From positions 64,001 through 128,000 of the forward strand of contig BTVJ01000002.1 of assembly GCA_045863395.1 (NCBI GenBank): a DNA stretch of 64,000 bases. The letters are read 5' to 3'. This document shows positions 52,979-62,497 of this stretch, piece by piece (within the stretch, counting starts at the first letter, position 1; every line of letters begins with the position of its first letter). Source of the DNA: Myxococcales bacterium (GTDB lineage Bacteria > Myxococcota_A > UBA9042 > JABWCM01 > BTVJ01). Under the pieces are notes generated by a model that was not told the origin of the DNA, did not search any database, and saw only the letters and a list, made by a program, of their open reading frames with translations. A program made the translations under genes and the position numbers.

Positions 52979-53529
52979 ACCCGTCCAAGGAGAGGGGCGG
53001 CACCACCGCGGGGGTGCAGCCGAGCCTGGTGCGAGGGCAGGGCGGTGACATCCCCCTGGAGGCGCAGCCCTACGTGCGGTTCGCCCTGCTCGACGACCTG
53101 CTCAACGCGGCGCGGGCCAACTCGCTGTGGCCGCTGACGTTCGGCCTCGCCTGCTGCGCCATCGAGATGATGGCCGCCGGGGCGAGCCGCCACGACCTGG
53201 ACCGCTTCGGGGCGGGCGTGTTCAGGCCCAGCGCGCGGCAGGCGGACGTGATGATCTTCGCCGGCACAATCTCGCGGAAGATGGCGCCCGTCATCAAGGC
53301 CCTGTGGGACCAGATGCCGTCGCCCAAGTGGGCCATCGCCATGGGCGGCTGCACCATCGACGGCGGGCCCTTCAAGTACCCGAACCAATACGCTATCGTC
53401 GAGGGCGCCGACCACCTGGTCCCCGTCGACGTCTACATCCCCGGCTGCCCGCCGCGCCCCGAGGCGCTGATCGCCGGCATCCTGAAGCTCCGCGACAAGG
53501 TCAAGGCGGGCCGGAGGTTCCAAGGATGA
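52969..53529 (+). CDS. nuoB: Complex I subunit B
   Basis: [24 protein letters not shown] and [14 protein letters not shown]. Confidence 0.95.
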   Translation: MAVDPSKERGGTTAGVQPSLVRGQGGDIPLEAQPYVRFALLDDLLNAARANSLWPLTFGLACCAIEMMAAGASRHDLDRFGAGVFRPSARQADVMIFAGTISRKMAPVIKALWDQMPSPKWAIAMGGCTIDGGPFKYPNQYAIVEGADHLVPVDVYIPGCPPRPEALIAGILKLRDKVKAGRRFQG

Positions 53530-53969
53530 GCCTTCGGAAGGAGCTCGGTCCCCTCGTCCGGGAGTCGGCGGAGCGGGATCACGGGCGGGTCGGCTTCCAC
53601 GCCGTTCACGTGGCGGACGCGGCGGCCATGCCTGCCGTCGCCGCCACCTTCCGGCGCCACGGCTACGTGCTGGAGCTGCTGACCTGCCAGGACCGCCGCT
53701 CGGACCTGGGCAAGCTGCGGCTGGTGTATGGCTTCAATCGCTGGGAGCAGGCGGACCGGCACCTGGTCCACGCGGACCTGGACCCGGGCGAGGCCGGCGT
53801 GTCCATCACGGGGGTGACGAGGGCCGCCGACTGGAACGAGCGCGAGGTCTTCGACATGTACGGCGTGCGCTTCGAGGGGCACTCGGACTGCAAGCGCATC
53901 CTGCTGCCAGAGGACGCGGACTTCCACGCCCTGCTCAAGGACTTCGGGCGCATGGAGGACGCGCCATGA
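53526..53969 (+). CDS. nuoC: Complex I subunit C (short form)
   Basis: SIT....[27 protein letters not shown]. Confidence 0.9.
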   Translation: MSLRKELGPLVRESAERDHGRVGFHAVHVADAAAMPAVAATFRRHGYVLELLTCQDRRSDLGKLRLVYGFNRWEQADRHLVHADLDPGEAGVSITGVTRAADWNEREVFDMYGVRFEGHSDCKRILLPEDADFHALLKDFGRMEDAP

Positions 53970-55099
53970 GCGACGCGCGCCCCCCGGTGGGAGTCCACGA
54001 GGACGACCAGGACGTCTACACCCTGAACATGGGCCCGCAGCACCCGAGCATGCACGGCGTGCTGCGCCTCGTGCTGAAGATGCGCGGGGAGGAGATCATC
54101 GCCGCCGAGCCGGTCATCGGCTATGCGCACCGCGCCCACGAGAAGATGGCGGAGAACCGGAACTACACGATGTTCCTGCCGAACACCTCGCGGGTCGACT
54201 ACCTGAGCGGCCTGATCTACAACCTCGGCTACTGCCAGCTCGTCGAGAAGATGAGCGAAATAGAGGTGCCGGAGCGGGCGGTGGCCATCCGGGTCATCAC
54301 GGGGGAGCTGAACCGCGTCCAGAGCCACCTGCTGTGGTTTGGCACCTTCCTGCTCGACCTGGGCGGGTTCACGCCGTTCCTGTACTCGTTTGAAGACCGG
54401 GAGAAGATCCTCGCCATCCTGGAGCGCGTGACCGGGTCGCGGCTCACCTACTCGTATGGGCGCTTCGGCGGCGTCACCATGGACGTGGACCAGCGCTTCT
54501 GCGACGAGACGCGCGCATTTGCCGCCCACCTGCGCGGGCGCCTCGGCATGTACCAGGCGCTGGTCGGCGACAACGTGATCTTCCGCAACCGTGTCGAGGG
54601 CGTCGGCGTGATCTCCCGTGAGGTCGCCGCGGAGTACGCCGTGACGGGGCCGTGCCTTCGCGCCGCGGGCGTCGCCTACGACGTGCGCAAGGCCGAGCCG
54701 TATGGGGGGTACGAGGGCTACGACTTCGAGGTGCCCACGGCCCACGAGGGGGACGCCTGGGCCCGCTACCGGGTGCGCATCGCCGAGATCGAGCAGTCCC
54801 TGCGCATCATCGAGCAGGGCCTGGACCGCCTCCCCGAGGGGCCCGTCATGCCCAAGAAGATGCCGAAGCGCATCAAGCCGCCGGAGGGGGAGACGTACTT
54901 CGCCGTCGAGGCCGCCCGCGGGCACTTCGGCATGTACTGCCTGAGCGACGGGGGGCTCATCCCCGCCAAGCTCAAGCTGCGCACGCCGTCCTTCTCCAAC
55001 CTGTCGGCCATGCCGGCGGTGCTGCCGGGCACCATGGTCGCCGACACCATCGCGGTGGTGGGCAGCATCGACATCGTGCTCCCGGAGGTGGACCGGTGA
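53966..55099 (+). CDS. nuoD: Complex I subunit D
   Basis: [38 protein letters not shown] and D.VLPEVDR; no NiFe CxxC pairs. Confidence 0.95.
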   Translation: MSDARPPVGVHEDDQDVYTLNMGPQHPSMHGVLRLVLKMRGEEIIAAEPVIGYAHRAHEKMAENRNYTMFLPNTSRVDYLSGLIYNLGYCQLVEKMSEIEVPERAVAIRVITGELNRVQSHLLWFGTFLLDLGGFTPFLYSFEDREKILAILERVTGSRLTYSYGRFGGVTMDVDQRFCDETRAFAAHLRGRLGMYQALVGDNVIFRNRVEGVGVISREVAAEYAVTGPCLRAAGVAYDVRKAEPYGGYEGYDFEVPTAHEGDAWARYRVRIAEIEQSLRIIEQGLDRLPEGPVMPKKMPKRIKPPEGETYFAVEAARGHFGMYCLSDGGLIPAKLKLRTPSFSNLSAMPAVLPGTMVADTIAVVGSIDIVLPEVDR

Positions 55100-56073
55100 G
55101 CACCGACTTCCTCACGATCTTCGGGAGCCTGCCCTTCGCGGTGCTGGTGGCCGTCGCGGGCATCATGGGGCTCCTGACCTTCAACGCCCTGTTCTCGGTG
55201 TGGTACGAGCGCAAGCTGGCGGGCCGCATCCAGAACCGGCTGGGACCCACCGAGATGGGTCCGGCGGGGACGCTCCAGACCATCGTGGACATGGTCAAGC
55301 TGATCTCGAAGCAGATCATCATCCCCAAGAACATCGACCGCCCGCTCTACTACCTGGCTCCCGTGGTGCTCTTCGCGCCGGTGGTGGCGTCGGTGGCCCT
55401 GTTCCCCTTCTCCGAGTCCTGGGCGGTCACGGACGTGGACATCGGCCTCGTCCTGGTCTTCGCCTTCGCGGGCATCGGCATCATCGGCATCTTCATGGCC
55501 GGGTGGGGGTCCAACAACAAGTACGCGCTGCTCGGCGCCATGCGGTCGGTGGCCCAGAACATCAGCTACGAGATCCCGCTGATCCTCTCGACGCTGTCCG
55601 TGGTGCTGATGACCCGCACCATGAACCTGCAGGACATCGTGCTGGCGCAGGCGTCCTTTCCGTTCCTGCTGGTGCAGCCGCTGGCGGCGCTGATCTACGT
55701 CATCGCGGCGACGGCGGAGACCAACCGCGCGCCCTTCGACATCCCGGAGGCGGAGAGCGAGCTGGTCGCGGGCTTCCACACCGAGTACAGCGGCATGGGC
55801 TTCGCCATGTTCATGTTCGGCGAGTACTCCAACATGCTCATCGTGAGCATGGTCGCCACGGTGCTGTTCCTGGGCGGGTGGCACGGGCCGGTGCTGCCCG
55901 GGCCGGTGTGGTTCCTGCTCAAGACGTACCTGGTGCTGACGGTGATCATCTGGTTCCGGTGGACCTTCCCGCGGCTTCGGTTCGACCAGCTCATGACCTT
56001 CGCGTGGGGGCTGCTGATCCCCCTGTCGATCCTCAACCTGCTCGTCACAGGGCTCGTGCTGAAGCTGCTATGA
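55096..56073 (+). CDS. nuoH: Complex I subunit H
   Basis: ERK..GRIQNR.GP, SNNKYALLGAMR, AETNRAPFD..EAESELVAG..TEYS and PRLRFDQ. Confidence 0.95.
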   Translation: MSTDFLTIFGSLPFAVLVAVAGIMGLLTFNALFSVWYERKLAGRIQNRLGPTEMGPAGTLQTIVDMVKLISKQIIIPKNIDRPLYYLAPVVLFAPVVASVALFPFSESWAVTDVDIGLVLVFAFAGIGIIGIFMAGWGSNNKYALLGAMRSVAQNISYEIPLILSTLSVVLMTRTMNLQDIVLAQASFPFLLVQPLAALIYVIAATAETNRAPFDIPEAESELVAGFHTEYSGMGFAMFMFGEYSNMLIVSMVATVLFLGGWHGPVLPGPVWFLLKTYLVLTVIIWFRWTFPRLRFDQLMTFAWGLLIPLSILNLLVTGLVLKLL

Positions 56074-56086
56074 CCGGAGGGACGCC

Positions 56087-56722
56087 GTGATCCGCAAGGT
56101 GCTCGACGGGGCCCGTTCTCTACTGACCGGCATGGGCGTGACGGCCCGGGAGGGGTCGACGAAGCCCGTCACCCAGCGCTACCCGCACGCGCGCCCCGAG
56201 ATGTCGGAGGCGTACCGGAGCTGCATCAAGCTCGTGCGCTTCCCGGAGACGGGCTCCCACGACTGCGTCGCCTGCATGCAGTGCGTCAACATCTGCCCGT
56301 CGTTCTGCATCGCCATCGACGGGGAGAAGATCGAGGGCATCAAGAAGCAGCGGGCGGTGCGCTTCGAGGTGGACTTCGCCCTGTGCAGCCTGTGCGGCCT
56401 CTGCGTGGACGTGTGCCCGACCGTGACCCTGGAGTACTCCAAGCGCTTCGACGACGCGGGCTACACCCGTCACTGGGTGAGCGACCTGCTGGAGCCCTAC
56501 CGGGACGGCGAGGCGGAGTTCATCGAGGCGCAGCGGGCGCGGGAGGCTGCGGCCGCGGCGGCGAAGAAGGCGCCGGAGAAGCCGGCCAAGGCGGCCACGG
56601 GGGACGAGGCGGCGCTGAAGGTGCCCAAGGTGGCCAAGGCCCCGCGAGAGGGCGCCGGGGGCGATGCGCCAGGGGCAGCGGCTGCCGACGGCCCCACGCC
56701 CGGCGAGGGGGCCGCGCCATGA
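56087..56722 (+). CDS. nuoI: Complex I subunit I with Ala/Lys-rich C-terminal extension
   Basis: VTQRYP; CVACMQCVNICP and CSLCGLCVDVCP. Confidence 0.92.
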   Translation: MIRKVLDGARSLLTGMGVTAREGSTKPVTQRYPHARPEMSEAYRSCIKLVRFPETGSHDCVACMQCVNICPSFCIAIDGEKIEGIKKQRAVRFEVDFALCSLCGLCVDVCPTVTLEYSKRFDDAGYTRHWVSDLLEPYRDGEAEFIEAQRAREAAAAAAKKAPEKPAKAATGDEAALKVPKVAKAPREGAGGDAPGAAAADGPTPGEGAAP

Positions 56723-57234
56723 GCATGCCGATTGCGCTGCTGATGGGCATGGCGGTGGGCGGGGCGCTGGTCGCCGTCTCCGTGCGCAACATCCTGCACG
56801 CCGTCTTCGGGCTCGCCATCGCGCTGCTCGGCATCGCGGGGGTGTTCCTGTACCTGAACAGCCCCTTCGTGGCCGCCATGGAGGTCATCATCTACGTGGG
56901 CGGGATCTCTGTGGCCATGGTGTTCGCGGTGATGTTGTCTCGCGCCCTGTCCGTGCCCCAGCCCACTGAAGGTGGCGGGCGCGTCCTGCGTGCGGTCCTC
57001 GGCGCGGGGGTGTTCCTCGCCCTGATGGGGACCGTGATCCTGAAGGCAGACCTCGGGACGGCGCCGCCCCTCGGCGAGACCGAGGCGGCCTGGGGAGTCG
57101 ATCGCATCGGCGAGGCCCTGCTGACCCGCTACAACCTGGTGTTCGAGACCCTGAGCGTCGTCCTGCTGCTCGCGATCATGGGCGCCATCGCGGTGGCCCA
57201 GCGCCCGGGCAAGGGCGCGGAGGAGGGCCGATGA
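56719..57234 (+). CDS. nuoJ: Complex I subunit J
   Basis: N..HA.F.L, F.A..EVIIYVGGI.V and Y...FE..SV.LL. Confidence 0.92.
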   Translation: MSMPIALLMGMAVGGALVAVSVRNILHAVFGLAIALLGIAGVFLYLNSPFVAAMEVIIYVGGISVAMVFAVMLSRALSVPQPTEGGGRVLRAVLGAGVFLALMGTVILKADLGTAPPLGETEAAWGVDRIGEALLTRYNLVFETLSVVLLLAIMGAIAVAQRPGKGAEEGR

Positions 57235-57536
57235 CCGCGACCCCGTTCCTGCTCTTCGGAGCGCTCCTGTTCGCCATGGGCCTCTACGCGGTCATGGCGC
57301 GCCGGAACCTCATCGGGATCCTGATCGGCGTCGAGCTGATGCTCAACGCCTGCAGCGTCAACTTCCTGACCTTCAACCGCTTCCTGAACACCGACCCCGT
57401 GGTCGGGCAGGTCGTCGTGCTGTTCGTCATCGGCCTGGCCGCGGCGGAGGCCGCCGTCGCGCTGTCGATCATCCTGGCGGTGTACCGGAGCCGCTCGGCC
57501 ATCGACGTGGACGATCTGACGGAGCTGAGGGGGTAG
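57231..57536 (+). CDS. nuoK: Complex I subunit K
   Basis: RRNLI.IL..VELMLNA and AAAEAAVAL. Confidence 0.95.
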   Translation: MTATPFLLFGALLFAMGLYAVMARRNLIGILIGVELMLNACSVNFLTFNRFLNTDPVVGQVVVLFVIGLAAAEAAVALSIILAVYRSRSAIDVDDLTELRG

Positions 57537-57537
57537 G

Positions 57538-59415
57538 GTGAGCACGAGCCTCCTGGCAAGCGTGTGCCTGTTTGCGCCGCTCATCGCGTTCTTCGTCTCC
57601 TTTGCGGTCCTGCGGGGCCAGCAGGCGGCCGGCATCGCCGTGTCGCTGCTCGGCGGGGTCGCGTCGGCGGTCGCCTCCGTGGCGCTGCTGGCGGGCGGCG
57701 CGGTGGCCGAGCCCATCACCTGGACGTGGCTCGTCGCGAGCGGCGTGGAAGTGCGCTTCGGCTTCCTCCTAGACGCCCCGGCCCTGCTCATGGGCGTGGT
57801 GGTGGCGGTCATCGCGCTCTGCATCCAGGTCTACTCCCTCGCCTACATGGCGGGCGACGAGGGGATGCGCCGCTACTACGCCTTCCTGTCCCTGTTCGCC
57901 TGGTCCATGCTGAGCTTCGTCTACGCGCCGAGCCTGCTCCAGGCCTTCATCTTCTGGGAGCTGGTGGGCCTCGCGTCCTTCCTGCTCATCGGGTTCTGGT
58001 TCCACAAGCCGTCCGCCGCCGCCGCCGCGAAGAAGGCCTTCCTGATGACGCGCATCGGCGACGTGGGCCTGTTCATCGGCATCCTGATGCTGTTCGGGGC
58101 GGTGCAGACCCTCGACATCGTGACCATCAACCAGCCCGGCACCATCGCGGCGATCCCGGCGGGCACCCTCTCTGCGATCACCCTGCTCCTGTTCGCGGGC
58201 ATCGTCGGCAAGAGCGCCCAGTTCCCGCTGCACACCTGGCTCCCCGACGCCATGGAGGGCCCGACGCCGGTGTCGGCGCTCCTCCACTCGGCGACCATGG
58301 TGGCGGCGGGGGTGTTCCTGTTTGCCCGGTTCCACCCGCTGTTCATGGCGGCGCCCGGCACCCTGGACGTGGTGCTGGTCATCGCGACGTTCACGGCCAT
58401 CATGTCGTCGACCATGGCGACCGTGGCGCTGGACATGAAGCGGGTGCTCGCGTTCAGCTCCATCAGCCAGCTCGGCTTCATGCTCATGGGCCTCGCCGCG
58501 GGGAGCCTCTTCGCCGGGGTCTTCCATCTGGTCACCCACGCGATCTTCAAGGCGCTCCTCTTCCTGAGCGCCGGGGCGTTCATCCACCACCACGGCACCA
58601 ACGACATGGTGGCCATGGGGCGGGACGGCGCTCGGGGGCTCAAGGTGGCCGTCATCGGGGTCCTGGCCGGCGGCCTCGCGCTGGCGGGGATCCCCCCGCT
58701 CGCCGGCTTCTGGTCCAAGGAGGCCATCCTCCACGAGCTGTCCGCCGGGGGGCACACGGTCTTCGCGGCCGGCGGCATGATCGCCGCCTTCCTGACCGCG
58801 TACTACACGTTCCGCATGATCTTCCTGCTGCTGCGGCCCAACCCGGCCGGGGCGCTCCAGCCTGCTGAAGCGGCCCACCACGGAGGGCACGGCGCCGACC
58901 ACGGGCATGGCGTCCCCGCGGCCATGGCGGCTCCGATCCTCCTGCTGGCGGTGGGGGCGGTCGTGACGGGGTTTGCCGGCGACGCCATCGCGGGGCTGCT
59001 GGGGGTGACGGTCGACCACCCGCCCCTCGTCGCCATGGCCCCTGCCATCGGGGTGGCGCTGCTCGGCGTGGCGCTCGCGTGGGTGGACTTCGGGCGCGCG
59101 GGCGCCCCCCAGACCGGCTTCGTCGGGCGCTTCGCGGGGGTCCAGCGCTTCCTCCAGAACCAGTGGTACTTGAACGAGCTCTACGACCGCGCCTTCGTGC
59201 GGCCGGCCGTGGCCGTCGCGAGGGCGTGCTTCAGCCTGGAGACCAAGGGCCTCGACACCGGCGCCGACGGCGTGGCGCTCGCGACCCGCGGCATGGGCGG
59301 CAAGGTGGCGCTGCTCCACTCCGGGCGCCTCCAGCTCTACGTCAGCGGCGCGGTGCTCCTGGTCGGGGCGCTGTCCTTCTACCTGCTGAGCGCGGACTGG
59401 GGGCTCGCACCATGA
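57538..59415 (+). CDS. nuoL: Complex I subunit L
   Basis: WELVG..SFLLIGFW, GKSAQFPLHTWLPDAMEGPTPVSALLHSATMV and THA.FKALLFL. Confidence 0.96.
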   Translation: MSTSLLASVCLFAPLIAFFVSFAVLRGQQAAGIAVSLLGGVASAVASVALLAGGAVAEPITWTWLVASGVEVRFGFLLDAPALLMGVVVAVIALCIQVYSLAYMAGDEGMRRYYAFLSLFAWSMLSFVYAPSLLQAFIFWELVGLASFLLIGFWFHKPSAAAAAKKAFLMTRIGDVGLFIGILMLFGAVQTLDIVTINQPGTIAAIPAGTLSAITLLLFAGIVGKSAQFPLHTWLPDAMEGPTPVSALLHSATMVAAGVFLFARFHPLFMAAPGTLDVVLVIATFTAIMSSTMATVALDMKRVLAFSSISQLGFMLMGLAAGSLFAGVFHLVTHAIFKALLFLSAGAFIHHHGTNDMVAMGRDGARGLKVAVIGVLAGGLALAGIPPLAGFWSKEAILHELSAGGHTVFAAGGMIAAFLTAYYTFRMIFLLLRPNPAGALQPAEAAHHGGHGADHGHGVPAAMAAPILLLAVGAVVTGFAGDAIAGLLGVTVDHPPLVAMAPAIGVALLGVALAWVDFGRAGAPQTGFVGRFAGVQRFLQNQWYLNELYDRAFVRPAVAVARACFSLETKGLDTGADGVALATRGMGGKVALLHSGRLQLYVSGAVLLVGALSFYLLSADWGLAP

Positions 59416-60872
59416 ACGGCTTCCCGCTGCTCTCCGCCATCCTGCTGTGCCCGCTGGTGGCGACCGTGGTCACGGCGCTGCTCCCGCGGACGGCCGCGCA
59501 GACGATCAAGGCCGTCAACGCGGTCTGCTCCCTGGCCTCGGTGGTGTTCGCCGGGTTCCTCTGGCACGGCTACGACGCGGCGGTCCCGGGCTTCCAGTTC
59601 GTGGAGTCCTACCCGTGGATCGAGGCCGCCGGGATCCAGTACCAGCTCGGCGCCGACGGGATCAGCGTGCTGCTCACCGGCTTGACCGCCCTCGTGTTCT
59701 TCACGGGCGTCCTGACCATGTGGGGCCTGGAGACGCGGGTCAAGGAGTACTTCGCCTTCCAGGCGCTGCTGGTCGTCGGCGTCTTCGGGGTGTTCCTCAG
59801 CCTGGATGTGTTCGCCTTCTTCTTCTTCTATGAGGTGGCCGTCCTCCCCATGTACCCGCTGATCGTCGTCTGGGGCTCCACGAACAAGGAGCACTCGGCG
59901 ATGAAGCTCATGCTGTATCTCATGGCGGGCTCGGCGCTCCTGTTTCCGGGGCTCATCGGGCTCTGGCACGTGACGGGCGGGCAGAGCTGGAGCCTGCTGG
60001 AGATGGCCAAGGCCGAGATTCCCACATCCACCCAGGTCTTCTTGTACCCGTTCATCTACATCGGCTTTGGGGTGCTGGCGGGCATGTTCCCGTTCCACGG
60101 GTGGTCGCCGTCGGGCCACGTGGCGGCGCCGACGGCGGTCTCCATGCTCCACGCCGGGGTTCTGATGAAGCTCGGGGCCTACGGCATCCTGCGCATCGGC
60201 ATGACGCTGCTGCCCGAGGGCGCCCGCTACTGGATGTGGCCCTTCGCCGTCCTGGCGACGGTCAACGTGGTGTATGGGGCCTTCGTCGCCATGCGCCAGA
60301 ACGACTTCAAGTTCGTCATCGGGTTCTCGAGCGTGAGCCACATGGGGCTCGTGCTCCTGGGTCTCAACACGCTGACCATCGATGGCATCAATGGGGCCGT
60401 GTTCCAGATGTTCGCCCACGGGGTCATGACGGCCCTGTTCTTCAGCTCCGTGGGCTTCATCTACGACCAGACCCACGACCGTGACATCTCCCACTTCGGC
60501 GGCCTGGCGAAACAGGTGCCGATGGCGGCGACGTTCTTCATGATCGCGGGGCTCTGCGGCATCGGCGTGCCGGGCTTCGCGAGCTTCGTCGCGGAGCTGC
60601 TCGTGTTCCTCGGGACCTTCCAGGCGTGGCCGGTCCTCGGCGTCATCGCCATCGGAGGGCTCGTCTTCACCATGGCCTACATGCTGCGGGTGTTCGGTCG
60701 GGCCATGTTCGGCCCCAGGAACGAGCGGTGGGACCACCTGGTCGAGCCGTCGCGCTTCGAGATGATCCCCCGCGTGGCGCTGATCGCCGTGCTCCTCGTG
60801 TTCGGCTTCGCCCCCCGCCTCGCGCTGGACCTCGTGGCCCCGGCTACGACGGCCCTCATGGAGCTGTTCTGA
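59412..60872 (+). CDS. nuoM: Complex I subunit M
   Basis: GADGIS, FYE...LPMY, FPFHGW.P..H..APT..S...AGVLMKLG and SSVSHMG. Confidence 0.95.
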   Translation: MNGFPLLSAILLCPLVATVVTALLPRTAAQTIKAVNAVCSLASVVFAGFLWHGYDAAVPGFQFVESYPWIEAAGIQYQLGADGISVLLTGLTALVFFTGVLTMWGLETRVKEYFAFQALLVVGVFGVFLSLDVFAFFFFYEVAVLPMYPLIVVWGSTNKEHSAMKLMLYLMAGSALLFPGLIGLWHVTGGQSWSLLEMAKAEIPTSTQVFLYPFIYIGFGVLAGMFPFHGWSPSGHVAAPTAVSMLHAGVLMKLGAYGILRIGMTLLPEGARYWMWPFAVLATVNVVYGAFVAMRQNDFKFVIGFSSVSHMGLVLLGLNTLTIDGINGAVFQMFAHGVMTALFFSSVGFIYDQTHDRDISHFGGLAKQVPMAATFFMIAGLCGIGVPGFASFVAELLVFLGTFQAWPVLGVIAIGGLVFTMAYMLRVFGRAMFGPRNERWDHLVEPSRFEMIPRVALIAVLLVFGFAPRLALDLVAPATTALMELF

Positions 60873-62296
60873 TGCCGCAGGACCTGCTCGCCTTTCTGCC
60901 CGAGGCCGCCATCCTGCTTGGCTCCCTCGCCCTGTTCGCCGTCGCGGTGGTGACTGACTGCCGGGTCGCGACGTGGCGCACGGCGGTCGGGGTCGCGCTC
61001 GTGACCGTCGCCGCTGCGCTCGCGGCCCTCGGGGAGCGGGGAGAGCCCTTCTTCCCGGGAATCTATCGCTCGGACGCGTTCTCTCAGGTGCTCAAGCTGG
61101 GCCTGGCCATCGGGCTGCTGCTCGTGACCCTGGTCAGCCGGGAGATCGCCGGCGTGAGGCGCCAGGCGCGCACCGACGTTCCCATCTTTCTCGCCCTGGC
61201 GACCGCGGGGATGATGCTGCTGGTCTCCTCCACGGAGCTCCTGACCCTCTACGTGGCCCTGGAGATGTCGGCGCTGTCCCTCTACATCGTCGCTGCCTTC
61301 CACCAGGAGCGGCTCCGCGGCAGTGAGGGCGCTGCCAAGTATGTCCTCTTCGGCGCGGCGTCGTCTGCGGTCACTCTGTATGGGCTGAGCCTCGTCTACG
61401 GCGCAACGGGGACGACCTATGTGGGCGACATCGTCGCACACGTCGTCGCGACGGGCGGGAGCCCGCTGTTTGCGGTCGGCGTGCTCCTGGCCCTGGCGGG
61501 GCTGCTCTTCAAGCTCGCGGTGTTTCCCTTCCACGCCTGGGCGCCGGACGTCTACGAGGCTGCCCCCAACGCCATCGTCGCGTTCATCGGCACCGCGTCG
61601 AAGGTGGCGGCCGTCGGCGTGCTCGCCCGTGTGATCTCGCTGACCGCGGAGCGGCCCGGCGCCCTGGTCACCGTGCTGCTGGTGCTGTCCGTGTTGTCCA
61701 TGACCATCGGGAACCTGGCGGCGCTGATCCAGAAGGACCTCAAGCGCCTGCTCGCCTGGTCCACCGTCGCCCACGGTGGCTACGTGCTCATCGGCCTGCT
61801 CGCCTTCACGGAGGCCGGGTTCGCTGGCGCCGTCTTCTACGGCCTCGCCTACCTCCTCATGGCCTTCGCGGTGTTTCTCGTGGTCTGCGTCATCGCCCCG
61901 GATGGCGAGAACCCCACCCTGGACTCTCTCGCGGGCCTCCACCACCGCTCGCCGCTCCTGCTGCTCGTGTTGCTGCTGGGAGTCTTCGGACTCGCGGGGA
62001 TTCCACCGACGCCCGGCTTCGCCGGCAAGTGGTTCCTCTTCTCGGCCGCCCTCAAGTCCGGCCACTTCTGGCTGGTCTTCGTAGCGGCGATCAACGCCAC
62101 GGTCTCTCTCTACTACTACCTGATCATCGTCAAGGCGGCCTTCCAGGCCCCCGCAGCGGATCGGCCCCCGATCCCGCTGGGCCTCCCTGCTCGCGCCGCC
62201 ACCTGGGCGGCCGTCGCTGCCCTCCTCGTGATCGGCGTCCTCCCCGGCCCGCTCTGGGACCTGGCGGCGGGGGCGGCGGCGGCGCTGCTGGGGTAG
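60872..62296 (+). CDS. nuoN: Complex I subunit N
   Basis: EGAAKY...GA, FKL..FPFHAWAPDVYE.AP, KRLLAWS..AH.GY and GIPP..GF.GK. Confidence 0.95.
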   Translation: MPQDLLAFLPEAAILLGSLALFAVAVVTDCRVATWRTAVGVALVTVAAALAALGERGEPFFPGIYRSDAFSQVLKLGLAIGLLLVTLVSREIAGVRRQARTDVPIFLALATAGMMLLVSSTELLTLYVALEMSALSLYIVAAFHQERLRGSEGAAKYVLFGAASSAVTLYGLSLVYGATGTTYVGDIVAHVVATGGSPLFAVGVLLALAGLLFKLAVFPFHAWAPDVYEAAPNAIVAFIGTASKVAAVGVLARVISLTAERPGALVTVLLVLSVLSMTIGNLAALIQKDLKRLLAWSTVAHGGYVLIGLLAFTEAGFAGAVFYGLAYLLMAFAVFLVVCVIAPDGENPTLDSLAGLHHRSPLLLLVLLLGVFGLAGIPPTPGFAGKWFLFSAALKSGHFWLVFVAAINATVSLYYYLIIVKAAFQAPAADRPPIPLGLPARAATWAAVAALLVIGVLPGPLWDLAAGAAAALLG

Positions 62297-62419
62297 GGTC
62301 AGCGCGGGAGCTCTCCAGCGCGGCGACCGCACGGCAGGGCAACCCCAAGCCCGGCGCTCCCATCTGGCGGCCGTCGGTGGCCGGTGCTATCGTGAGCCTC
62401 ACTTCACGGAGGTGCGGTC

Positions 62420-62497
62420 GTGCGGGACAGCGGTGTCCGGGCGTCCACTGGGGCATTGCGGGTGGGACCTCCACGGCCCTGCCCTGAGCTGCGATGA
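62420..62497 (+). other. 25-codon upstream ORF (or frameshifted N-terminus) coupled to the MidA-like gene
   Basis: TGnTATCGT -10-like box at 62385-62393; GGAGGT at 62408-62413; GTG 62420; TGA 62495-62497 overlaps ATG 62494. Confidence 0.4.

Noticed and set aside
53966..55099. Group 4 NiFe hydrogenase large subunit
   Set aside because: Lacks both Ni-binding CxxC motifs and has NuoD quinone-site residues.
62485..62487. Selenocysteine or read-through TGA in frame with the MidA-like gene
   Set aside because: The upstream in-frame sequence shows no family resemblance or supported start.
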